A stretch of DNA of 38,197 bases from Candidatus Microgenomates bacterium (GTDB lineage: Bacteria; Patescibacteriota; JACPGU01). This document shows positions 33,841 to 38,197 of this stretch, piece by piece. The notes under the pieces are model-generated. The model saw only the letters and a program-made list of their open reading frames with translations, was not told the origin of the DNA and did not search any database. A program made the position numbers and the translations under genes. The stretch covers positions 1-38,197 of the forward strand of contig JACPGU010000004.1 of the NCBI GenBank assembly GCA_016188915.1, read 5' to 3'. Each line of letters opens with the position of its first letter. The first letter of the stretch is position 1.

Positions 33841-35043
33841 ATGAAAAGATTGTTGAAAAAACTAGCTCAATTTGTTTTGCGCGCTCTGTCGGCGCGAGTT
33901 TTGCTACGTTTTCACCCCGACATCATCGGTATTACTGGGAGCGTTGGCAAGACTTCTACCAAAGAAGCGATCTTTGCGGTTTTGTCCCCGTATTTTTTTG
34001 TCGGTAAAAATATTGGCAGTTACAATACCGAGATTGGCCTGCCTCTTACTATTTTGGGAGCCAGCTCAAGCAAGAATATTTTTCTTTGGCCATTTATTCT
34101 GATCAAAGTTTTCTATCACTCCATTTTTATCCAACAATATTTTGATAAATTGATTTTAGAAATGGGAGCGGATCATTTTGGTGATATAAAAAAACTAACT
34201 GATCTTGCGCGGCCACGCGTAGGGGTGATTACCAGGATCGCTCCTGCCCACTTGGAATTTTTTGGTAATATTGACAATGTTGCCAAGGAAAAATCTAATT
34301 TGATAAAAGTTTTGCCTTCTTATGGTTGGGCGATATTAAATTATGACGATCCAAAAATTCGAGCGATGGCTTCAAAAACTAAAGCCAGAGTTTTGTTTTT
34401 TGGCTTGGATAAAAAAGCTACTATTTGGGCAGACAAGATAGAGTCAAATCTGGAGGGTGTTAGTTTTGCCTTGCACTATTTCAATCAATCAGCCAAAATA
34501 AAAATACCAAAAGTCTATGGTCGACATCAAATTTATTCTGCTCTGGCGGCTTTTGGAGTAGGTATCGCTTGCGATTTAGATTTTTCTGGTATTGTCAAAT
34601 TTTTGCCAAAATTCCAATTGCCCTATGGTCGGGTGAATTTGGTAAGGGGACAAAATAATACTATAATAATAGATGATTCCTATAACGCCAATCCCGAAAG
34701 CACAATGACGGCATTGGATACTTTGGGGGATTTAGCATTGTCGGCAAAGGCAAAAAGAAAAATCATTTTTTTCGGTGATATGTTGGAATTAGGCAAAGAC
34801 ACTCTTAAAATGCATAGAGATTTGGCACCAATTTTTGACAAGCATGCTGATATAATAGTAACGATTGGTCCTTTGGCAAAAAATATCCATAGAAAGATTA
34901 AAGGCTCATATCATTTTGCCGATTCGACTTTGGCTGCCAATTTTGCTTCTGGTTTGATTGAAAAAAAAGATATTATCCTAATCAAAGGATCGCGCGGTAT
35001 GGAAATGGAAAAAATAGTGGAGAAGATTAAATTAAGAAAATAA
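33841..35043 (+). CDS. murF: UDP-MurNAc-tripeptide--D-Ala-D-Ala ligase
   Basis: ITGSVGKTSTKE, ILEMGADH, DDSYNANPES, GDMLELG, IKGSRG. Confidence 0.93.
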   Translation: MKRLLKKLAQFVLRALSARVLLRFHPDIIGITGSVGKTSTKEAIFAVLSPYFFVGKNIGSYNTEIGLPLTILGASSSKNIFLWPFILIKVFYHSIFIQQYFDKLILEMGADHFGDIKKLTDLARPRVGVITRIAPAHLEFFGNIDNVAKEKSNLIKVLPSYGWAILNYDDPKIRAMASKTKARVLFFGLDKKATIWADKIESNLEGVSFALHYFNQSAKIKIPKVYGRHQIYSALAAFGVGIACDLDFSGIVKFLPKFQLPYGRVNLVRGQNNTIIIDDSYNANPESTMTALDTLGDLALSAKAKRKIIFFGDMLELGKDTLKMHRDLAPIFDKHADIIVTIGPLAKNIHRKIKGSYHFADSTLAANFASGLIEKKDIILIKGSRGMEMEKIVEKIKLRK

Positions 35044-35063
35044 TAAAATAAGGAATTAATAAT

Positions 35064-36074
35064 ATGGAAAATACAGCCGAGCTCATCAAGATTTTTTCTC
35101 TTACTTTTTTATCATTTTTGGTAGCGATGATTTGGACGCCGTTTTTGACGAATTTTTTATACAAATATAAAGTAGCTCAACAAATCCGCGACAAATCTTG
35201 GGACGGGACAGCGGTGCCTGTTTACAAAAAATTTCATGCCGATAAAGCGGGCACTCCTTCCATGGGCGGACTGATTGTTTGGGTGACGGCGGCTATCGTC
35301 ACTTTGCTTTTCAATCTTGATCGTGGCCAGACTTGGTTGCCTTTGTTCGTTTTGGTGTCCACCGGTATTTTGGGAGCGGTAGATGATGTTCTGAATATGA
35401 AGGGCAAGGGAGCAATCAAAGGACTGGGTATTTCTTCCAAATTTTTTTGGCAGATTTTAATAGCAGGATTAGGCGCTTGGTGGTTTTATTATAAATTGGG
35501 TTTTGATACTTTGCATATTCCGGCAGTAGGGGATTTCCATATTGGCATTTGGTATCTGCTGTTTTTTGTTGTGGTGGTGATAGCTACGGCTAATGCCGTC
35601 AATATTACCGATGGCTTGGATGGTCTAGCGGGAGGGCTTTTGGCTATTGCCTTTTCGTCCTATGCTACTATTGCCTATGTTCAGGGCAATGTTGGGTTAA
35701 CTATTTTTTGCGCGACCATCATTGGAGCGCTTATTACTTTTTTGTGGTTCAATATCAATCCGGCCAGATTTTTCATGGGGGACACGGGCGCTTTCGCGAT
35801 GGGGTCAACATTAGCCGTGATAGCTCTCCTGACTGATTCGGCAGTAGCTTTGATTATTATTGGATTGATTTTTGCGATAGAGGCCGCTTCCTCTTTGCTA
35901 CAAAGATTTTCTAAGAAATTTTTCAAAAGAAAAATTTTTATTGCTGCGCCTTTGCATTTGCACTTGCAGGCTATTGGTTGGTCTGAACCAAAAATAGTTA
36001 TGCGCTTTTGGTTGCTTGGCGCTATTTTGGCTATCATTGGCCTAACCGTCGGCGTAGTGGGAATGGGAATATAG
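35064..36074 (+). CDS. mraY: Phospho-N-acetylmuramoyl-pentapeptide transferase
   Basis: GTPSMGG, GAVDD, NAVNITDGLDGLAGG, FMGDTG, APLHLH. Confidence 0.96.
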   Translation: MENTAELIKIFSLTFLSFLVAMIWTPFLTNFLYKYKVAQQIRDKSWDGTAVPVYKKFHADKAGTPSMGGLIVWVTAAIVTLLFNLDRGQTWLPLFVLVSTGILGAVDDVLNMKGKGAIKGLGISSKFFWQILIAGLGAWWFYYKLGFDTLHIPAVGDFHIGIWYLLFFVVVVIATANAVNITDGLDGLAGGLLAIAFSSYATIAYVQGNVGLTIFCATIIGALITFLWFNINPARFFMGDTGAFAMGSTLAVIALLTDSAVALIIIGLIFAIEAASSLLQRFSKKFFKRKIFIAAPLHLHLQAIGWSEPKIVMRFWLLGAILAIIGLTVGVVGMGI

Positions 36075-36077
36075 GTT

Positions 36078-36112
36078 AAATAACAAATAAGAAATAAGAA
36101 ATAAGAGATAAG
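36078..36112 (+). repeat. Heptamer tandem array (AAATAAG x5, degenerate)
   Basis: AAATAAC AAATAAG AAATAAG AAATAAG AGATAAG between mraY and ftsW. Confidence 0.75.
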
Positions 36113-36138
36113 CAAGAAATAAAAATTTTGATAACATA

Positions 36139-37254
36139 GTGTCTCGTTTTTCTATTAGAAAACCAAAAATAGATATTGTCTTGGCGATGATTACTATCGC
36201 TTTGGTGGCTTTTGGTTTGATTATGCTCTCGTCGGTTTCGGCGGTAAATAGTTTTGAGCACTTTGGCTACAACAATTTTTACCTTTATCGACAAATGGGA
36301 TTTTTTGCTGTTGGTATGGTAGGTTGGATTTTTTTTCAAAATCTCAATTACCATTATTGGAAAAAAATAGCCAAGCCTTTTTTCCTTATCAGTCTTCTCC
36401 TTACTTTTTTAGTTTTGGTACCAGGCATAGGCTTTAATTACAATGGCGCATCGCGTTGGCTCAATCTTGGTTTTTTTCTTTTTCAGCCCTCCGAACTTTT
36501 GAAATTGGCTTTGGTTGTCTATCTGGCTAGTTGGTTTGATAATATGAGGTCTGAGATAGGATCTTTTCGCAAAGTTTTTGTTCCATTCGTTATTTTGATC
36601 GGTTTTATTGCTGCTATTATTTTGAAACAGCCAGATATGGGTACTTTTTTGGTGACAGGATCAGTGGCGGTGGCCATCTATTTTGTTGCTGGCGCGCGCG
36701 TAATTCATATAGGATTTTTGTTGGGAGGAGGCATTATGGGCATTATCGCCCTAATCAAGGCAGCGCCGTATCGCATGGCCAGACTCTTGGTTTTTTTAGA
36801 TCCTGAAAAAGATCCTTTGGGAGCGGGCTTTCATATCAACCAGGCCTTAATCGCGGTTGGCTCTGGTGGTTGGTGGGGGAGAGGTTTCGGCAAATCCGGA
36901 CAAAAATATACCGGCTACATTCCCGAAGCGCCAGGCGATTCTATTTTTGCTATTATTGCCGAAGAACTGGGATTCGTTAAACTAGTTTTCGCGCCTATTT
37001 TGCTTTTTATTATTTTTGCTTGGAGAGGATTTCATATCGCGAGATTTGCGCCTGATTTTTTTGGTAAACTTTTGGCTTTTGGCCTGACTTCATGGATTAT
37101 TTTTCAAGCTGTTTTGAATATTTCTACGATGGTAGCGTTAGTTCCGCTGACTGGTGTGCCACTACCGTTTATCAGCTATGGCGGTTCGGCTATGATTACT
37201 AATCTTTGCGCCGTCGGAATACTTTTGAATATATCGAAGAATAGTAACAAGTAG
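36139..37254 (+). CDS. ftsW: SEDS glycosyltransferase FtsW
   Basis: GASRWL, FQPSELLKL, QPDMGT, QALIAVGSGG, GVPLPFISYGGS. Confidence 0.95.
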   Translation: MSRFSIRKPKIDIVLAMITIALVAFGLIMLSSVSAVNSFEHFGYNNFYLYRQMGFFAVGMVGWIFFQNLNYHYWKKIAKPFFLISLLLTFLVLVPGIGFNYNGASRWLNLGFFLFQPSELLKLALVVYLASWFDNMRSEIGSFRKVFVPFVILIGFIAAIILKQPDMGTFLVTGSVAVAIYFVAGARVIHIGFLLGGGIMGIIALIKAAPYRMARLLVFLDPEKDPLGAGFHINQALIAVGSGGWWGRGFGKSGQKYTGYIPEAPGDSIFAIIAEELGFVKLVFAPILLFIIFAWRGFHIARFAPDFFGKLLAFGLTSWIIFQAVLNISTMVALVPLTGVPLPFISYGGSAMITNLCAVGILLNISKNSNK

Positions 37255-37261
37255 ATTAAAT

Positions 37262-37770
37262 AATTTCTAATTGACCTAATTGATCTAATTTCTAAGAAAA
37301 ATCACAAGCTTCAATTACAAAATATTTATGGCACAAAATCAAACAATACAAGAAAGCACCAAGAGAAATTATGATTTAGAAGAAAGGACAGCTAAATTTG
37401 GCGAAGATGTCATACGTTTCTGTAGGATAATCAGAGAAGATACTATTACTAGACCACTTATTCAGCAACTCATAAGGGCGGCCACTTCTGTTGGCGCAAA
37501 TTATTCTGAAGCTGACGATGCCGAATCGAAGAGAGACTTTAAGCACAAGATAGGTATTTGTAAGAAAGAATCAAGAGAGGCCAAACATTTTCTTCGGATG
37601 ATAGCCGTAGCTGTGTCAGAACACAAAGAACAGGCACTCATTCTCTGGCAAGAAGCCAAAGAGCTTAATCTTATATTTAATTCTATCAATAACAAACTTA
37701 AAGATTAAATTTGGATAATTGGGGCTTGATTATTTTTTAGGTCAATTAGAAATTAGGTCAATTAGAAATT
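37262..37770. mobile_element. Inverted-repeat-bounded cassette carrying the four-helix-bundle gene (family 1 element)
   Basis: Perfect 20-bp IR AATTTCTAATTGACCTAATT (37262-37281) / AATTAGGTCAATTAGAAATT (37751-37770), built of 7-9-nt CTAATT units; mobility is inferred. Confidence 0.7.
37328..37708 (+). CDS. Four-helix-bundle protein (23S rRNA intervening-sequence protein / TIGR02436-like family)
   Basis: YDLEERTAKF, QLIRAATSVGANYSEA, SKRDFKHKIGICKKESRE, EAKELNLIF. Confidence 0.92.
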   Translation: MAQNQTIQESTKRNYDLEERTAKFGEDVIRFCRIIREDTITRPLIQQLIRAATSVGANYSEADDAESKRDFKHKIGICKKESREAKHFLRMIAVAVSEHKEQALILWQEAKELNLIFNSINNKLKD

Positions 37771-37779
37771 TAAATACCT

Positions 37780-38197
37780 ATGCGAGAAAAAAAGTTTGAC
37801 AATAAAAAAACTCTCAGAGTCGTTCTCACCGGTGGTGGTACACTGGGACATGTTCTGCCAGCCTTGGCAGTGTTAGATAGTTTGAAGATTTTAGTTAATA
37901 AGAAAAAAGATAATCTAGAGATTGCCTATATCGGTCGAAGACAGGGGATGGAAAAAAAGCTGGTAGAAGAGAGAGGTTTGAAATATTTAGGAATTTTGTC
38001 CGGTAAATTTCGTCGTTATTTTGACTTGCGCAATTTGACAGATATTTTTTTAGTGATTGGTGGATTTTTACAATCAGTGTATCTTTTGAAAAAAAATCAT
38101 ATAGATATTGTTTTTGCCAAGGGTGGATTCGTCACTGTGCCGGTGGTTTGGGCGGCTTTTTTGTGGCGCATTCCAGTGGTAGCGCATGAATCAGACA
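37780..38197 (+). CDS. murG: MurG glycosyltransferase, 5' part (truncated by window end; not in ORF track)
   Basis: Read manually: MREKKFDNKKTLRVVLTGGGTLGHVLPA...GKFRRY...VFAKGGFVTVPV...IPVVAHESD, no stop codon. Confidence 0.95.
   Translation, partial: MREKKFDNKKTLRVVLTGGGTLGHVLPALAVLDSLKILVNKKKDNLEIAYIGRRQGMEKKLVEERGLKYLGILSGKFRRYFDLRNLTDIFLVIGGFLQSVYLLKKNHIDIVFAKGGFVTVPVVWAAFLWRIPVVAHESD

Noticed and set aside
36078-36112. Short tandem arrays as CRISPR
   Set aside because: Units are 7-9 nt with no unique spacers and no cas genes.
37328-37708. Four-helix-bundle protein as the Avd of a diversity-generating retroelement
   Set aside because: No reverse transcriptase and no template/variable repeat pair differing at adenines seen in the window.

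Overview
Bacterial chromosomal window, genetic code 11 (TGA is used as stop). The combination of an unlinked, insertion-rich 23S-5S unit, alpha2-type GlyRS, TrmB-like regulators, giant low-complexity surface proteins and a reduced dcw cluster points to a Patescibacteria/CPR genome (inference). Layout: (1) 1-4820, a stand-alone 23S-5S rRNA unit whose 23S carries a 728-nt group I intron with an I-CreI-like LAGLIDADG endonuclease at the E. coli 2593 site, two hairpin intervening sequences (helices 25 and 45) and two further expansions; (2) two orphan genes, then mutM-recO-alr-PAP2-glyQS; (3) a ~2,700-aa and a 1,543-aa secreted multi-domain surface protein sharing a C-terminal module, bracketing a mirror-image accessory block (atypical receiver protein, PHPT1/Janus-like protein, two TrmB-like regulators, a VapBC-type TA pair, an orphan); (4) the dcw cluster mraZ-rsmH-ftsL-pbp-murF-mraY-ftsW-[four-helix-bundle gene]-murG (truncated by the window). 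The most striking observation: the helix-25 23S insertion is a gene-less copy of the inverted-repeat cassette that brackets the four-helix-bundle ('23S IVS protein' family) gene 36 kb away in the dcw operon (21-nt exact reverse-complement match), and the helix-45 insertion matches a second dispersed hairpin family. This suggests a repeat-bounded cassette/MITE-like system that seeds rRNA IVSs and operon junctions. Family assignments rest on motifs recognised by eye; no database searches or folding programs were run.
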